Assembly: GCA_020052115.1 (NCBI GenBank)
Contig: JAGVPR010000103.1
Span: 1-40,920 of the forward strand
Source of the DNA: Candidatus Eiseniibacteriota bacterium
Lineage (GTDB): Bacteria > Eisenbacteria > RBG-16-71-46 > JAGVPR01
Direction: 5' to 3'
Length of the DNA: 40,920 nt
The position numbers were made by a program, and so were the translations under genes. Below are positions 24,432 through 36,464 of this stretch, in pieces (the stretch's first letter is position 1; every line of letters starts with the position of its first letter). Under the pieces are notes generated by a model. That model was not told the DNA's origin, did no database searches, and saw only the letters and a list, made by a program, of their open reading frames with translations.

Positions 24432-25472
24432 TCAGGCGCTGAAGCGGATCAAGAGGACATCCCCATCCTCTATCCTGTAATCGCGTCCCTCCAGGCGGAC
24501 GGCTCCTTTGGACCGGGCGGCTGTATGCGACCCCGCGGAGATGAGGTCCTCATATCGGACAACCTCCGCACGGATGAATCCCCTCTCCATATCGCTGTGG
24601 ATCTCCCCAGCCGCCTCGACGGCCGGCGTCCCTCGGCGCACCGTCCAGGCGCGCGCCTCCGGCCGGCCCGCGGTGAAGAACGTGACGAATCCCAACTGCG
24701 TGTACGCGGCCCGGATGAGCTTGTCGCGCCCCAGCTCTCCAATGCCCATCTCGTTGAGGAACCCTTGAAGTTCCTCCGGGGGCAGCTCCGCCAGCTCGCG
24801 CTCCAGCTGGGCGCAGATGGTGGTCACCTCCACGCCCAGCGCCGCCTCACGTTCCCGCAGCTCCGCAAGACCCGGAACTTCCCCGGCCAGATCGCCTTCC
24901 GCCACGTTCAGGATGACGAACCGCGGCTTCATGGTCAGGAGCTGGAAGCCCCGAAGCCGCTTCTCGTCCGCCTCGGAGAGCGCCGTCGAGCGGAGCGATC
25001 GCCCCTCCTCGAGGCAGCTCTTGCAGCGCAGCAGAAGCTCCATTTCAGGAGTCTCCTCCTTGCGCCCGACACGGATCATGTGCGTCACGCGCTCGAGCCT
25101 CGATTCAACGAGGCCCTGGTCGAGCAGGATCATCTCCTCTTCCAGAGCCCGGATCTCCTTCGCGGCAACGCCCTTCACGTTTCCGGGATCCACGTAGGCC
25201 CCGACCACATGGGCGAGGAGGTCCACGCCGCGAGCCGCTGCGACCGATTCGGCCTCCTGGCTCCCACGAAGACTCAACGCCGGCATGTCGTGGAGGATTA
25301 TCTCGGCCGGTGTCGTCTTCTTCGCGTCCACCAGGGTGGCCAACCGCAAGAGGCGTTCATCCGGCACGTGAATGGCCGCAGCCCGGACCGATGCGGGGCC
25401 TTGCAACCGCGCCAGCGCGCGAAACAGTGTGGACTTACCACTCCCAGGCACTCCAACGAGACCAACCCTCAT
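24432..25472 (-). CDS. ychF: YchF/OLA1-family P-loop ATPase (ribosome-binding)
   Basis: MRVGLVGVPGSGKSTLF (Walker A). LNVAEGD is the YchF-type NxxE G4 motif. The C-terminal YchF/TGS-like region is FFTAGRPEARAWTVRRGTPAVEAAGEIHSDMERGFIRAEVV...GRDYRIEDGDVLLIRF. AAGGAG precedes the ATG. Confidence 0.85.
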   Translation of the reverse strand: MRVGLVGVPGSGKSTLFRALARLQGPASVRAAAIHVPDERLLRLATLVDAKKTTPAEIILHDMPALSLRGSQEAESVAAARGVDLLAHVVGAYVDPGNVKGVAAKEIRALEEEMILLDQGLVESRLERVTHMIRVGRKEETPEMELLLRCKSCLEEGRSLRSTALSEADEKRLRGFQLLTMKPRFVILNVAEGDLAGEVPGLAELREREAALGVEVTTICAQLERELAELPPEELQGFLNEMGIGELGRDKLIRAAYTQLGFVTFFTAGRPEARAWTVRRGTPAVEAAGEIHSDMERGFIRAEVVRYEDLISAGSHTAARSKGAVRLEGRDYRIEDGDVLLIRFSA

Positions 25473-25555
25473 TCAACTCTCCTTGGTGTTCTCCACGTCG
25501 TGAACCCGGGGCAGGGTAAGGCCGCTCCCATCAGGGTCCGGAGGAAATCAGGCGG

Positions 25556-25631
25556 TGGTGAGCCGTGCTGGGATCGAACCAGCGACCCTCTGCTTAAAAG
25601 GCAGGTGCTCTACCGACTGAGCTAACGGCTC
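25556..25631 (-). tRNA. tRNA-Lys (anticodon UUU), CCA encoded
   Basis: GAGCCGU-UA-GCUC-AGUCGGUA-GAGC-A-CCUGC-CUUUUAA-GCAGA-GGGUC-GCUGG-UUCGAUC-CCAGC-ACGGCUC-A-CCA. This is a 76-nt cloverleaf with anticodon loop CU-UUU-AA. It lies 12 nt downstream of the purA stop. Confidence 0.9.
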
Positions 25632-25643
25632 ACACAGAACAGA

Positions 25644-26924
<1,281 letters not shown>

Positions 26925-26962
26925 CGCTCATCCACCTCCGCCGGATCTCCAGCGCCGACTCT

Positions 26963-27883
26963 CTATCGGCGGGCGGCCAGTGCCGCAACCACTTTCTCGG
27001 CGATCAGCACCGACACCTTCTCCTGGGCCTCATGAGTCGCCGCCCCGACGTGCGGGGTGACGATCACCTTGGGGTGTCCGACGAGAGGACTCCCGGAGGG
27101 GGGCTCCTGCTCGAAGACGTCAAGCGCGGCGCCCGCGACCCTTCCGCTGTCGAGCCCGGCCAGCAGCGCCCGCTCGTCAACGACCCCGCCCCGCGATGTG
27201 TTCACGACGAGGACGCCCGGTCGAAGGCGAGCGATCGCCTCCGCGTCGAGCAACCCCCGGGTCGCGGCCGTCAGGGGCACGTGGAAGGACAGCACATCCG
27301 CCCGCTCGAGGACCTCTTCGAAGGAGCGCCACTCGACGATCGTCTCGCCTGACCTCGCCGCCTCGCGCGTCGAATCAAACGCGATCACCCGCATGTCGAA
27401 GGCGGCCGCCCGCTTCGCCACGGCCCGCCCGATGCGGCCCAGACCGATGATGCCGAGCGTTCTTCCGGCGAGCTCGACGCCCGTGAAGACCCCGCGCTCC
27501 CAACGGCCCGCGATCATGGAGGCATGGGCCCAAGGGACCCGCCGCGCCAGGGCCAGGATGAGAGCCATCGTGTGCTCGGCCACCGTGACCGTGCTGCCCT
27601 CCGCCGCCGTGAGCACCTCGATGCCCCTTGCCTCGGCCGCGGCGACGTCAATGTTGTCCACGCCGACCCCCGCGCGGCCTACCAGACGAAGCGAGCGCGC
27701 CCCGGCGATCAGCTCCGCCGTCACACGCGTTCCGCTCCGCACGACCAGCGCCTCCGCTTCACTGAGAGCCGAAACCAGCTCCGCACCCTTGAGCCCTGGC
27801 CGGTAGGCCACGGTATGTCCCGCCGCGCGCAGGATCTCCAGGCCGCGCTCCGAAAGCGCGTCGCTCACGAGGATGGAGGCCAT
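26963..27883 (-). CDS. D-isomer-specific 2-hydroxyacid dehydrogenase (short SerA/hydroxypyruvate-reductase-like, no ACT domain)
   Basis: MASILVSDAL.... NAD-binding motif GIIGLGRIGRAVAKRA. Catalytic R/E/H context NTSRGGVVD, DVFEQEP, TPHVGA. The start is set at ATG 27883, whose A is the last base of the upstream stop (TGATG). The ORF-track start 27904 adds 7 codons. Confidence 0.8.
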   Translation of the reverse strand: MASILVSDALSERGLEILRAAGHTVAYRPGLKGAELVSALSEAEALVVRSGTRVTAELIAGARSLRLVGRAGVGVDNIDVAAAEARGIEVLTAAEGSTVTVAEHTMALILALARRVPWAHASMIAGRWERGVFTGVELAGRTLGIIGLGRIGRAVAKRAAAFDMRVIAFDSTREAARSGETIVEWRSFEEVLERADVLSFHVPLTAATRGLLDAEAIARLRPGVLVVNTSRGGVVDERALLAGLDSGRVAGAALDVFEQEPPSGSPLVGHPKVIVTPHVGAATHEAQEKVSVLIAEKVVAALAARR

Positions 27884-29031
27884 CAGCGCTCCCCACCCTC
27901 CCATAGGGCGTCCTGGATCGCCCGCAAACCGGCGCCCCGGGTCCCCTTGTGACCGAGTGCTTCGAGCGTCCGCTCCAGCGCGTGAACGGCGCCGATCAGA
28001 TCGAGGTCGTCGAAGTAGCCCATGTGTCCGAAGCGGAAGATCTTCCCCTTGAGCGAACCTTGCCCTCCGGCGAAGCGCACGCCGAAGTCGCTGTCCAATC
28101 TCTTGACAAGGACGCCGGTGTCAATCCCGCTCGGGGCGTAGCACGCCGTCAGCGCATTGCTCGGTCGTTCGGGCAAGAGCCGGAGCCCCATCGCCTGCAT
28201 CGCCCCCCGCACGGCAGCGGCCGCGCGCGCATGACGGCGGATGCTCCCAGCAACGCCCCCGCCGTCGCGGATGACTCCGAGGCTCTCACGCAGTGCGAGG
28301 ACGAGCGAGATCGCGGTCGTCCATGGCGTGTCGTCCTTCGCCAGCGCGTCCACGGCGAGCGGCAGGTTGAAGTAGTACCGAGGCGACTTCGAACGCCGGG
28401 CGGCCTCGAGAGCCCGTGGCGAGACCGACAGGAAGGCCATCCCCGGCGGGACCATGAACGCCTTCTGCGAACCGGTCACGACGACGTCCACCTTCCAGCT
28501 CTCGACCGGCAAATCGTGGATGAGGATGCTCGTGATCGCGTCCACGACGAAGAGCACGCCGTGCTTCTGCGCGATCCTCGAGAGGGCCTCGACGTCGTGG
28601 AGTGCCCCGGTCGAGGTCTCGCTGTGGGTTACGAAGAGGACCTTCGCCCCCGGAGTCTCCCCCAAGGCCTTCTCGACCGCCGCGGGATCCACGCTCTGGC
28701 CCCACTCCACGTCCACAGGAGTGCATTCGATCCCCCAGGCGTCGCAGATCTCGCCCCAGCGCTCCCCGAACTTCCCGCCCCGCACGGCCACTGCCTTCTC
28801 GCCGGGGGACAGGAGGTTGATGACCGCCGTCTCGAGCCCCCCGCTGCCGGATGCGGTCAGCGGTACGATCGGCCACGAGGTCTGGTGGAACTCCTTCAAC
28901 AGGCCGAGGACCTCGCGCATCGCCGAGCGGAACTCCTCCGTGCGGTGATGCGGGAAGGGCGTGCCCATCGCACGGAAGGCGGCGTCAGGCAGCATGGTCG
29001 GTCCCGGAGTCAGAAGCCGTCGCTTTCTCAT
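27883..29031 (-). CDS. class-V pyridoxal-phosphate aminotransferase (serine-pyruvate / alanine-glyoxylate / phosphoserine aminotransferase family)
   Basis: MRKRRLLTPGPTMLP...VTHSETSTGALHDV...VVDAITS...VTGSQKAFMVPPG (PLP-Lys in SQK). The start at ATG 29031 is preceded by GGAGGAGGAGAGG. The ORF-track start 29067 is the alternative. Confidence 0.85.
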   Translation of the reverse strand: MRKRRLLTPGPTMLPDAAFRAMGTPFPHHRTEEFRSAMREVLGLLKEFHQTSWPIVPLTASGSGGLETAVINLLSPGEKAVAVRGGKFGERWGEICDAWGIECTPVDVEWGQSVDPAAVEKALGETPGAKVLFVTHSETSTGALHDVEALSRIAQKHGVLFVVDAITSILIHDLPVESWKVDVVVTGSQKAFMVPPGMAFLSVSPRALEAARRSKSPRYYFNLPLAVDALAKDDTPWTTAISLVLALRESLGVIRDGGGVAGSIRRHARAAAAVRGAMQAMGLRLLPERPSNALTACYAPSGIDTGVLVKRLDSDFGVRFAGGQGSLKGKIFRFGHMGYFDDLDLIGAVHALERTLEALGHKGTRGAGLRAIQDALWEGGER

Positions 29032-29151
29032 CACAGGATTCCTCTCCTCCTCCATCAAGCAAGACAAGGCGCCCGCGCGACAGCCCGCATCGCCGAGCGC
29101 CTGAAGTCCGTTCTCTGGTCAGCGGGCGGCGGCGTGCGGCCGCCGCCGTGA

Positions 29152-31563
29152 TCAATGGGCGTACAGCGCCCCCTCCTCCCCCTCACCCGCCTTCCGAGGC
29201 TGGGCCGGCTCGACTCCGGGCGGCCGCTCGAAGGCGATCCTAAGGGTTTCGTCCATGTTTTCGACGAGCTGAATCTCGACGCCCTCGCGCACCTCCCGCG
29301 GGATCTCTTGGAGCGATTTCGCGTTCTTCTTCGGCACGATGACCGTGCGGATGCCCGCGCGGCGCGCGGCCACGAGCTTCTCGTTGAGGCCGCCGATCGG
29401 CAGGACGTTGCCCCTCAGGGTGATCTCCCCGGTCATCGCCACGTCACCGCGGGTCGCCACCCCCGTGAGCGCCGAGATCAGCGCAACCGCCATCGTGATC
29501 CCTGCCGACGGCCCGTCCTTCGGTATGGATCCCTCAGGGATGTGCACGTGCAGGTCCACGTCGCGGTAGAACTTCTTGTCGAGGCCGAGCGCCTCGCTTC
29601 TCGAGCGCGTGTAGGATAGCGCCGCCTTCGCCGACTCGCGCATGATCTCGCCGAGCTTGCCGGTGAGGAGCAGTTTCCCGCGCCCGGGCAGGACGCTCAC
29701 CTCGACGGTCAGGATATCGCCGCCGCAATCGGTCCAGGCGAGGCCCGTGGCGACACCCACGCGGTTGCCCTTCTCGACCTCACCCTCGATGAACCGCGGG
29801 GCCCCGATGTAGCGGTCGAGGTTACGGCGCGTGACCGAGACCGTGCCGCGATCGGGCTTGGACGCCTTGCGGCGCGCCACCTTGCGGCAGATGTTCGCGA
29901 TCTCCCTTTCCAGATTCCGCACGCCGGCCTCGCGGGTGTAGGAGCGGACCATCTCCTCCAGGGCGGCCGGGGCGAGCTTCACGTCCTCGGGCTTGAGGCC
30001 GTTCGCCTTGACCTGCTTCGGAATCAAGAACCGCTTCGCGATCTCGAGCTTCTCGTGCTCCAGGTAGCCCGGCAGGCGGATGACCTCCATCCGGTCGCGG
30101 AGCGCCGGAGGGATCGTATGGAGCACGTTCGCCGTCGTCACGAAGAGGACGTGCGAGAGATCGAAATCCACTTCGAGATAATGGTCGTTGAACGAGTGGT
30201 TCTGTTCGGGGTCCAGCACCTCGAGCAGCGCGGCAGAGGGATCGCCGCGGTAGTCCTGGCCGAGCTTGTCCACCTCGTCGAGCAGGAGCACCGGGTTCCT
30301 GGCCTCCGCGCGGCGCATCGCCTGGATGATCCGCCCCGGCAGCGAGCCGATGTAAGTGCGCCGGTGGCCGCGGATCTCCGCCTCGTCGCGGACGCCCCCG
30401 AGCGACATGCGCACGAAGCGGCGTCCCAGGGCCCGCGCGATCGAGCGGCCCAGGGAGGTCTTCCCGACACCCGGCGGCCCCACCAAACAGAGGATGGGAC
30501 CCTTGACCTCGCCGGAGAGCTTGATGACGGCGATGTACTCGAGGATCCGTTCCTTGACCTTTTTGAGGCCGTAATGATCCTCCTCGAGAATCCGCTCGAC
30601 CTCCTTCATGTCCGCACGGTCGCGCGTGCGGCGCGACCAGGGCAGGGCGACGAGCCAGTCAATGTAGTTGCGAGAGACGGTCGCCTCCGGGGACATGTAG
30701 GACATCTTCCCCAGCCGGTCCAGCTCCTTCATCGCCTTCTCGTTGACCGACTTCGGCATCTTCGCCTTCTTGACGGCTGCTTCCAGGTCCTCCATCTCCG
30801 AAGCGAACTCGTTCTGGTGGCCGAGTTCCTTGCGGATCGCCTTCAACTGCTCGTTGAGATAGAACTCCTTCTGGTTCTTCGAGACCTGGCTGCGGACCTG
30901 CCCCTCGATCTTCCGCTCCAGCTTGACGATCTCGAGCTCGCTCGCGAGCGTGCGCCCGAGGAGCTTGAGCCGATCGCGAGCGTCCACGGCTTCGAGGAAC
31001 TCCTGCTTCTGGCTGACCTTGAGAACGAGGTGGGCCGCGACGGTGAAGGAGAGGCTCGTCGGCTCGTTCAAATTGTTCGCCGTCATGAGCACGTCTTCGG
31101 AGACCCGCCGGTTGAGCCGCACGTAGTCGTTGAACTGCGAGAGGACGTTCCGCATGAGCGCTTCCATCTCGGCGGACGCCGGGAGCTTGTCCTCCATCGG
31201 CGACAGGAGCGCCGAGGTGAACTCGCCGCCGCTATAGATGCGGCGGGCCTGCATCCTCGCGATCCCCTCGACGAGGACGCGCATCGTGCCGTCCGGCAGA
31301 CGGAAGAGCTGCAGGACGCGCACGACCGTCCCGATCCGGTAGAGATCCTCGCGCGCGGGTTCCGCGATGTCCGGCCGGCGCTGCGCCGTCGCGAACAGGA
31401 GCCGGTCGCGGGAGACCGCTTCCTCGATGGCGCTCACCGAGGGGGGCCGCCCGACGAACAGCGGGATCGTCATGAACGGGAAGATCACGACATCGCGAAG
31501 CGGCAGAAGCGGCAATCGCTCGGCGATCTCGAAGACCTCGTCGTTTCTCTCGATACGATACAC
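29152..31563 (-). CDS. lon: ATP-dependent Lon protease (endopeptidase La)
   Basis: [16 protein letters not shown]-domain. Walker [16 protein letters not shown], then [22 protein letters not shown]. Protease domain [21 protein letters not shown]. The start codon is GTG (31563-31561). Confidence 0.95.
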   Translation of the reverse strand: MYRIERNDEVFEIAERLPLLPLRDVVIFPFMTIPLFVGRPPSVSAIEEAVSRDRLLFATAQRRPDIAEPAREDLYRIGTVVRVLQLFRLPDGTMRVLVEGIARMQARRIYSGGEFTSALLSPMEDKLPASAEMEALMRNVLSQFNDYVRLNRRVSEDVLMTANNLNEPTSLSFTVAAHLVLKVSQKQEFLEAVDARDRLKLLGRTLASELEIVKLERKIEGQVRSQVSKNQKEFYLNEQLKAIRKELGHQNEFASEMEDLEAAVKKAKMPKSVNEKAMKELDRLGKMSYMSPEATVSRNYIDWLVALPWSRRTRDRADMKEVERILEEDHYGLKKVKERILEYIAVIKLSGEVKGPILCLVGPPGVGKTSLGRSIARALGRRFVRMSLGGVRDEAEIRGHRRTYIGSLPGRIIQAMRRAEARNPVLLLDEVDKLGQDYRGDPSAALLEVLDPEQNHSFNDHYLEVDFDLSHVLFVTTANVLHTIPPALRDRMEVIRLPGYLEHEKLEIAKRFLIPKQVKANGLKPEDVKLAPAALEEMVRSYTREAGVRNLEREIANICRKVARRKASKPDRGTVSVTRRNLDRYIGAPRFIEGEVEKGNRVGVATGLAWTDCGGDILTVEVSVLPGRGKLLLTGKLGEIMRESAKAALSYTRSRSEALGLDKKFYRDVDLHVHIPEGSIPKDGPSAGITMAVALISALTGVATRGDVAMTGEITLRGNVLPIGGLNEKLVAARRAGIRTVIVPKKNAKSLQEIPREVREGVEIQLVENMDETLRIAFERPPGVEPAQPRKAGEGEEGALYAH

Positions 31564-31645
31564 GGATCCCCTTTCCCTCGGATGACTGCCCAGCCAAGAA
31601 CGGCGCGCCGCGCCCCGGCTCTATGCGCCGGGGCGAAACGGCCTG

Positions 31646-32902
31646 TCAGGAGGCTTCTTTCTTCTTACGCTCGCGCAGGGACAGCACGGGGGTCGCGCGC
31701 CTCGAGATCACCTCTTCGGTGATCGTGCACGAGATGATGTCGTCCTTGGACGGCATGTCGTACATGATGTCGAGCATCGCGTCCTCTAGAACGGCGCGCA
31801 GCCCGCGGGCGCCGGTGCCGCGCTTCATGGCCGCCCGCGCTATCGCTGTGAGCGCTCCGGGGGCGAACTCCAGCCGCACGTCTTCCATGTCGAAGAACTT
31901 CTGGTACTGCTTGACGATCGCGTTCTTCGGTTTCGTCAGGATCTCCACGAGCGCCGGCTCGTCCAGGTCGTGCAGTGTTGCCACGATCGGCAGACGGCCC
32001 ACCAGCTCCGGAATGAGGCCGTAGCGCAGCATGTCCTCGGGCTCGACCATTTCCAGAAGCTCGCCGGTCTTGCGCTGGGACTTCGAGCGGATGTCCGCCC
32101 CGAATCCCATCGTCTTCTGCCCGACGCGCCGCTCCACGATCTTGTCCAGTCCGTCGAATGCGCCGCCGCAGTTGAAGAGGATCTCCTTCGAGTTCACCTC
32201 GATGTACTTCTGCTGCGGGTGCTTACGGCCGCCCTGTGGCGGCACGTTTGCGACCGTTCCTTCGAGAATCTTCAAGAGCGCCTGCTGGACCCCCTCGCCC
32301 GAAACGTCACGGGTGATCGAGGGGTTCTCGCTCTTGCGGCTGATCTTGTCTATCTCGTCAATGTACACGATCCCGCGCTCGGCCTGGATCAGATTGAAAT
32401 CCGCGGCCTGGAGGAGCCGGACCAGGATGTTCTCGACATCCTCGCCTACATAGCCCGCCTCGGTGAGGCAGGTGGCGTCAATCATCGCGAACGGGACCTT
32501 CAAGAAGCGCGACAGGGTGCGCGCCAGGAGGGTCTTCCCCGAGCCGGTAGGGCCGATCAGCAGGATGTTGCCCTTCTCCAGCTCGACATCGTCCGGCGAG
32601 GTCGTCGTCGAGTAGATGCGCTTGTAATGATTGTAGACGGCCACGGAGAGCGTCTTCTTCGCCTTCTCCTGGCCGATGACGTATTCGTCCAGAACCCGCT
32701 TGATCTCAGAGGGCTTCGGCAGCGTCTCGCGAACGGCTGGAAGCTCGGGTTCGACGTCCCCCTCGAGGATGTCGTTGCAGAGGCGGACGCACTCGCTGCA
32801 GATGTAGACCGACGGCCCGGAGACGAGCCGTGCCACTTCGTCCTGCCCCCGGCCACAGAAGGAGCAGCGGATCGGATGCGGCGACGAGATGCGCTTCTTC
32901 AT
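31646..32902 (-). CDS. clpX: ATP-dependent Clp protease ATP-binding subunit ClpX
   Basis: Zinc-binding N-terminus [11 protein letters not shown]...YICSECV. Walker [16 protein letters not shown], then [10 protein letters not shown]. Confidence 0.95.
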   Translation of the reverse strand: MKKRISSPHPIRCSFCGRGQDEVARLVSGPSVYICSECVRLCNDILEGDVEPELPAVRETLPKPSEIKRVLDEYVIGQEKAKKTLSVAVYNHYKRIYSTTTSPDDVELEKGNILLIGPTGSGKTLLARTLSRFLKVPFAMIDATCLTEAGYVGEDVENILVRLLQAADFNLIQAERGIVYIDEIDKISRKSENPSITRDVSGEGVQQALLKILEGTVANVPPQGGRKHPQQKYIEVNSKEILFNCGGAFDGLDKIVERRVGQKTMGFGADIRSKSQRKTGELLEMVEPEDMLRYGLIPELVGRLPIVATLHDLDEPALVEILTKPKNAIVKQYQKFFDMEDVRLEFAPGALTAIARAAMKRGTGARGLRAVLEDAMLDIMYDMPSKDDIISCTITEEVISRRATPVLSLRERKKKEAS

Positions 32903-32941
32903 GAGTCAGATCCCTCGACCCGGCGATGGCGCGCCGCGCGC

Positions 32942-33526
32942 TCAGCGGCGCTTGACCAGGACCTCATCCACGATACCGTATTCCTTCGACTCCTCCGCGG
33001 ACATGAAGAAATTGCGATCGGTGTCTTTCTTGATCCGTTCCAGCGGCTGGCCCGTGTGTTTCGAGAGGATCTCGTCCAGGCGGTCACGGATCGTCAGGAT
33101 CTCCTTCGTCTGGATCTCGAGATCAATGGCCTGCCCCTGCATGCCCCCAAGCGGCTGGTGGATCATGATCCGGGCGTGAGGCAGAGCCAGACGCTTGCCC
33201 TTTGCTCCGGCCGCCAAGAGGATCGCCGCCATGCTGGCGGCCTGCCCCATGCAAATCGTCTCGACGTCCGGCTTGATGAACTCCATCGTGTCGTAGATCG
33301 CAAGCCCCGCCGAGACGATTCCTCCCGGCGAGTGGATGTACAGGTGGATATCCCGATCCGGTTCCTCGGCTTCGAGGAACAGCATCTGAGCGATGACCAG
33401 GTTCGCGACGACGTCATCAATGGGCGAGCCGATGAAGATGATCCGGTCCTTCAGCAGACGCGAGAAAATGTCGTACGCGCGCTCGCCACGGCTCGTCTGT
33501 TCGACGACGATTGGGACCAGGGACAT
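32942..33526 (-). CDS. clpP: ATP-dependent Clp protease proteolytic subunit
   Basis: [30 protein letters not shown]. Catalytic context GQAASMAA and IMIHQPLGG. Confidence 0.95.
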   Translation of the reverse strand: MSLVPIVVEQTSRGERAYDIFSRLLKDRIIFIGSPIDDVVANLVIAQMLFLEAEEPDRDIHLYIHSPGGIVSAGLAIYDTMEFIKPDVETICMGQAASMAAILLAAGAKGKRLALPHARIMIHQPLGGMQGQAIDLEIQTKEILTIRDRLDEILSKHTGQPLERIKKDTDRNFFMSAEESKEYGIVDEVLVKRR

Positions 33527-33559
33527 TCCGTCTCTCCTTCGGCGATCCCGCGAGGGATC

Positions 33560-34882
33560 CTATGGAACGATGAGTCGGCTCGCCTCCGGGCGCGGCTCCT
33601 TCGGACGCGGTCGCGTCACGCTCGTCACCGTCGCCTTCGAAACGATCCGCTCCAGAACCTTCTGCTCGAAGAGCGTCTCGGCGAGGCGCCTGAGCCGTCC
33701 GCTCTCGGCCAGATCGTCCGCGACCTCGCGAATGCTCTGGCCCGTGCGGCTCGCCACCGCCTCCACGCCTCTGCGAAGCTCGTCGGCCGCTACCTCGATC
33801 TTCTCCTGGTGCCCGATCGCCTCCACGGCCATGTCGTGCCTGAGCCGGCGGATCACCTGGGGCCGGACACCCTCCATGAGCTTCTTCAAATCGTCATCGG
33901 CCATCTGGGGCCGATCTTGCCGGAATTCTGCCACGATCCCGTCCACACCGCGTTCGACCCACAGTTCCGGGGGTTCGTAGCGATTGACGTCCACGATCTG
34001 GTCCAGAAGGGCCTCTTCGGTGCGCCGGTCGGCATCCCGCTCCGCGCGGGTCCCCAGCTCCCCGCGCACCTTCGCGCGAAGCTCCTCGACCGTCTCCACG
34101 CCCGCTACCCGCTTCGCGAAATCCGCGTCCATCGCGGGCACGAGGCGCCGGCGAAGGTCCGTGACGTGGACGCGATAGGTCACGATGCGCCCGCGCAGGC
34201 GCTTCTCGCTGTAGTCGGCCGGGTAGGAGACGGTGATCTGCCGCTCCTCGCCGGGCCGAGAGCCCATCAGATCGTTCTCGAACTCGGGCAGCAGGCCCTC
34301 CCGCCCCATCTCGAGGACCGTCTCGCGGTCCTCCGAACCCGGCGCCGGATTGCGGTCCGGATCCAGCTCACGGAACCGCACCGCGAGGAAGTCGCCGCGC
34401 TCGGCGCCGCGATCCTCGATCTTCTCGTACGTTGCGTTTCGGTCACGGAGCTCCTCGAGGAAAGTCTCCATGTCCTCGTTCTCCACCCCGTGAACGACGC
34501 GCTCGACAGCCAGTCCTTCGTAGCCGCGAATCTCGATCCGGGGGCGCACATCCACCGTCGCCGTCACGCGGACCAGCTGACCGGGCTCGTACTTCTCCGG
34601 CCCTCGCGCCACGGGGGGCTCGATCGGCTCCATCCCTTCCTTCTCGAGAGCCTCGCGAACCGTGTCCTCGGTCAGCGTCTCGAGGAACTCCTCCTCCAGG
34701 GCGGGGCCGTACGCCTTTTCGACCAGCGCGAGCGGGGCCTTTCCGGGACGGAAGCCCGGCAATTTCGCCTTGCGCCGGAACTCATTGAAGACCTTGGCGC
34801 GCCGCTCCGCGGCCTCTTCGCCAGGCAGTTCGACCAGAAGCTCGCGCCGCCAGGGCGCCAGATCACGAACCTCGATTCTCAA
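33560..34882 (-). CDS. tig: trigger factor
   Basis: MRIEVRDLAPWRRELLVELPGEE...KLPGFRPGKAPLALVEK (ribosome-binding GFRxGxxP signature). It sits upstream of clpP-clpX-lon. The start codon is TTG (34882-34880), preceded by GAGAGGA. Confidence 0.9.
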   Translation of the reverse strand: MRIEVRDLAPWRRELLVELPGEEAAERRAKVFNEFRRKAKLPGFRPGKAPLALVEKAYGPALEEEFLETLTEDTVREALEKEGMEPIEPPVARGPEKYEPGQLVRVTATVDVRPRIEIRGYEGLAVERVVHGVENEDMETFLEELRDRNATYEKIEDRGAERGDFLAVRFRELDPDRNPAPGSEDRETVLEMGREGLLPEFENDLMGSRPGEERQITVSYPADYSEKRLRGRIVTYRVHVTDLRRRLVPAMDADFAKRVAGVETVEELRAKVRGELGTRAERDADRRTEEALLDQIVDVNRYEPPELWVERGVDGIVAEFRQDRPQMADDDLKKLMEGVRPQVIRRLRHDMAVEAIGHQEKIEVAADELRRGVEAVASRTGQSIREVADDLAESGRLRRLAETLFEQKVLERIVSKATVTSVTRPRPKEPRPEASRLIVP

Positions 34883-34941
34883 GTCGTCCTCTCACGTCGT
34901 TCCGGCCGCCCCGCGGGGCGCGGCGCCCGGGTTCCTCGCGC

Positions 34942-35026
<85 letters not shown>

Positions 35027-35084
35027 TTCGAGAGCCATCATAACAGGAGCGGTCCGGGGGGTCTCCCCGGACCGCCGCCGACAC

Positions 35085-35114
35085 AGTATAGCACCCGATT
35101 CGCACGGAGAACAA
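35085..35114 (-). promoter_or_regulatory. candidate sigma-70 promoter upstream of tRNA-Leu/tig
   Basis: Minus strand TTGTTC (35114-35109), 18 nt, TATACT (35090-35085). A 9-bp hairpin GGUCCGGGG...CCCCGGACC (35073-35051) and a TGtTATGAT extended -10-like element lie between it and the tRNA, so the true start site is uncertain. Confidence 0.3.
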
Positions 35115-35166
35115 GGCGCCGAGACCGGCGATGTCGCCTCTGGATCTCGTGATCCGAGGCGTGCAA

Positions 35167-36237
35167 TCAAGCCGCCGGCTTCTGCACCTCCTGGATGACG
35201 AGATCGCCGATGGCGGAGGTCGAGAGCCCGCTCTCGGCGCCCACGGACGGGATCTTCCGGGTGACGAGCAGGGTCTCGATCGCCTTCTCGAGCGTCTTGG
35301 CCGACTCCTTCTCGCCCAGATAATCGAGCATCATCTGCGCGGCCGAGATCGCAGCGAGCGGATTCGCGGTGTTCTTGCCGGCGTACTTGGGCGCGGAGCC
35401 GTGGATCGGCTCGAACATCGAGACGCGGCCCGGATGGATGTTGCCGGAAGCCGCGATCCCCATTCCGCCCTGCAGCATCGCGCCCAGGTCTGTGATGATA
35501 TCGCCGAACATGTTCGTCGTGACGACGACGTCGAACCACTCCGGGCTGCGGATCATCCACATCGCGCAGGCGTCAACGTAAGCGTGGTCCTTCTCCACGT
35601 CCTGGTACTCGCGCCCCACTTCCTCAAACGTCCGTGTCCAGAGGTCGTGCGCGCGGATGGCGTTGGCCTTGTCCACGAGCGTGAGCCGGGGACGCGCCTT
35701 GCCGCGCGCGCGCGCCTTTTCGAACGCGTAGCGGATCACGCGCTCGGTCCCCTTGCGCGTGCAGATCATCTCCTGGATCGAGACCTCGTCCGGCGTGCCC
35801 TTCTTGAAGAAGCCGCCCATGCCGGTGTAGAGGTCCTCGGTGTTCTCGCGCACCACGAGGAGATTGATGTCCTGAGGGCGCTTGTTCTTGAGCGGGCACA
35901 GGTGCTCCGCGTAGAGGCGGATGGGGCGAAGGTTCACGTAGAGATCGAGTTCGAAACGGAGGCCACCCACGATGGCGCGCTCGAGAAGCCCCACCTCGAC
36001 GCGCGGATCGCCGATCGCGCCGAGAAAGATCGCATCCATCTCGCGCATCTCCGCGACGGCGGCCGGCGGCATCAGTTCGCGGGTCTTGAGGTAGTGGTTG
36101 GCGCCGAAGGGGTAATGCTGGAAACGGCACTTGAAGCCGTGGAAGCTCGCGAGGGCCTCGAGAGCCCGGAGACCCTCGCGCACGACCTCCGGTCCGATGC
36201 CGTCCCCGCCGACCACTGCGATCCGGTAATCCTTCAT
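35167..36237 (-). CDS. isocitrate/isopropylmalate dehydrogenase-family enzyme (3-isopropylmalate or tartrate dehydrogenase-like)
   Basis: MKDYRIAVVGGDGIGPEVV...LYVNLRPIR...LLVVRENTEDLYTG...TTNMFGDIITDLGAMLQGGMGIAASGNI. These are family signatures. No other leu genes are adjacent, so substrate specificity is open. Confidence 0.85.
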   Translation of the reverse strand: MKDYRIAVVGGDGIGPEVVREGLRALEALASFHGFKCRFQHYPFGANHYLKTRELMPPAAVAEMREMDAIFLGAIGDPRVEVGLLERAIVGGLRFELDLYVNLRPIRLYAEHLCPLKNKRPQDINLLVVRENTEDLYTGMGGFFKKGTPDEVSIQEMICTRKGTERVIRYAFEKARARGKARPRLTLVDKANAIRAHDLWTRTFEEVGREYQDVEKDHAYVDACAMWMIRSPEWFDVVVTTNMFGDIITDLGAMLQGGMGIAASGNIHPGRVSMFEPIHGSAPKYAGKNTANPLAAISAAQMMLDYLGEKESAKTLEKAIETLLVTRKIPSVGAESGLSTSAIGDLVIQEVQKPAA

Positions 36238-36464
36238 TGATCACCCCTTCGTAAAAGCCCTGGCCCATGCCGGCGCGCCGTCGTGCGCCCCGCTGGAGAA
36301 TACATTAATAGAGCGGCGGGCGTTCGGCCGGGGCGCGTCCCCTGCCGTGCCGCCCCGTGCAATCCGTGCCTATCGAGCGATCCGGTGACATCCTCCGACA
36401 TGGGCGTGCGGGCCCCGGGCGAGACGACGTCCTCGCAGCCGGCCATCGCGCCGATCCGCGCTTC

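Noticed and set aside
23986-24442. ORFs inside the ychF / giant-gene gap (23986..24291 minus, 101 aa; 24047..24442 plus, 131 aa; also 23633..23974 and 23847..24104 plus)
   Set aside because: Their composition is unlike coding sequence in this genome (AT-rich third positions or Pro/Ser/Arg-rich). They overlap the promoter and operator repeats, and they have no SD or motif support.
24165-25625. 486-aa plus-strand ORF
   Set aside because: It is antisense to ychF and runs through the tRNA-Lys gene. Its translation is low-complexity.
25556-25631. tRNA-Lys as an integration site for a genomic island carrying the giant gene
   Set aside because: I found no direct repeat of the tRNA 3' end downstream by eye and no integrase or mobility gene. 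The giant gene shows host-typical codon bias.
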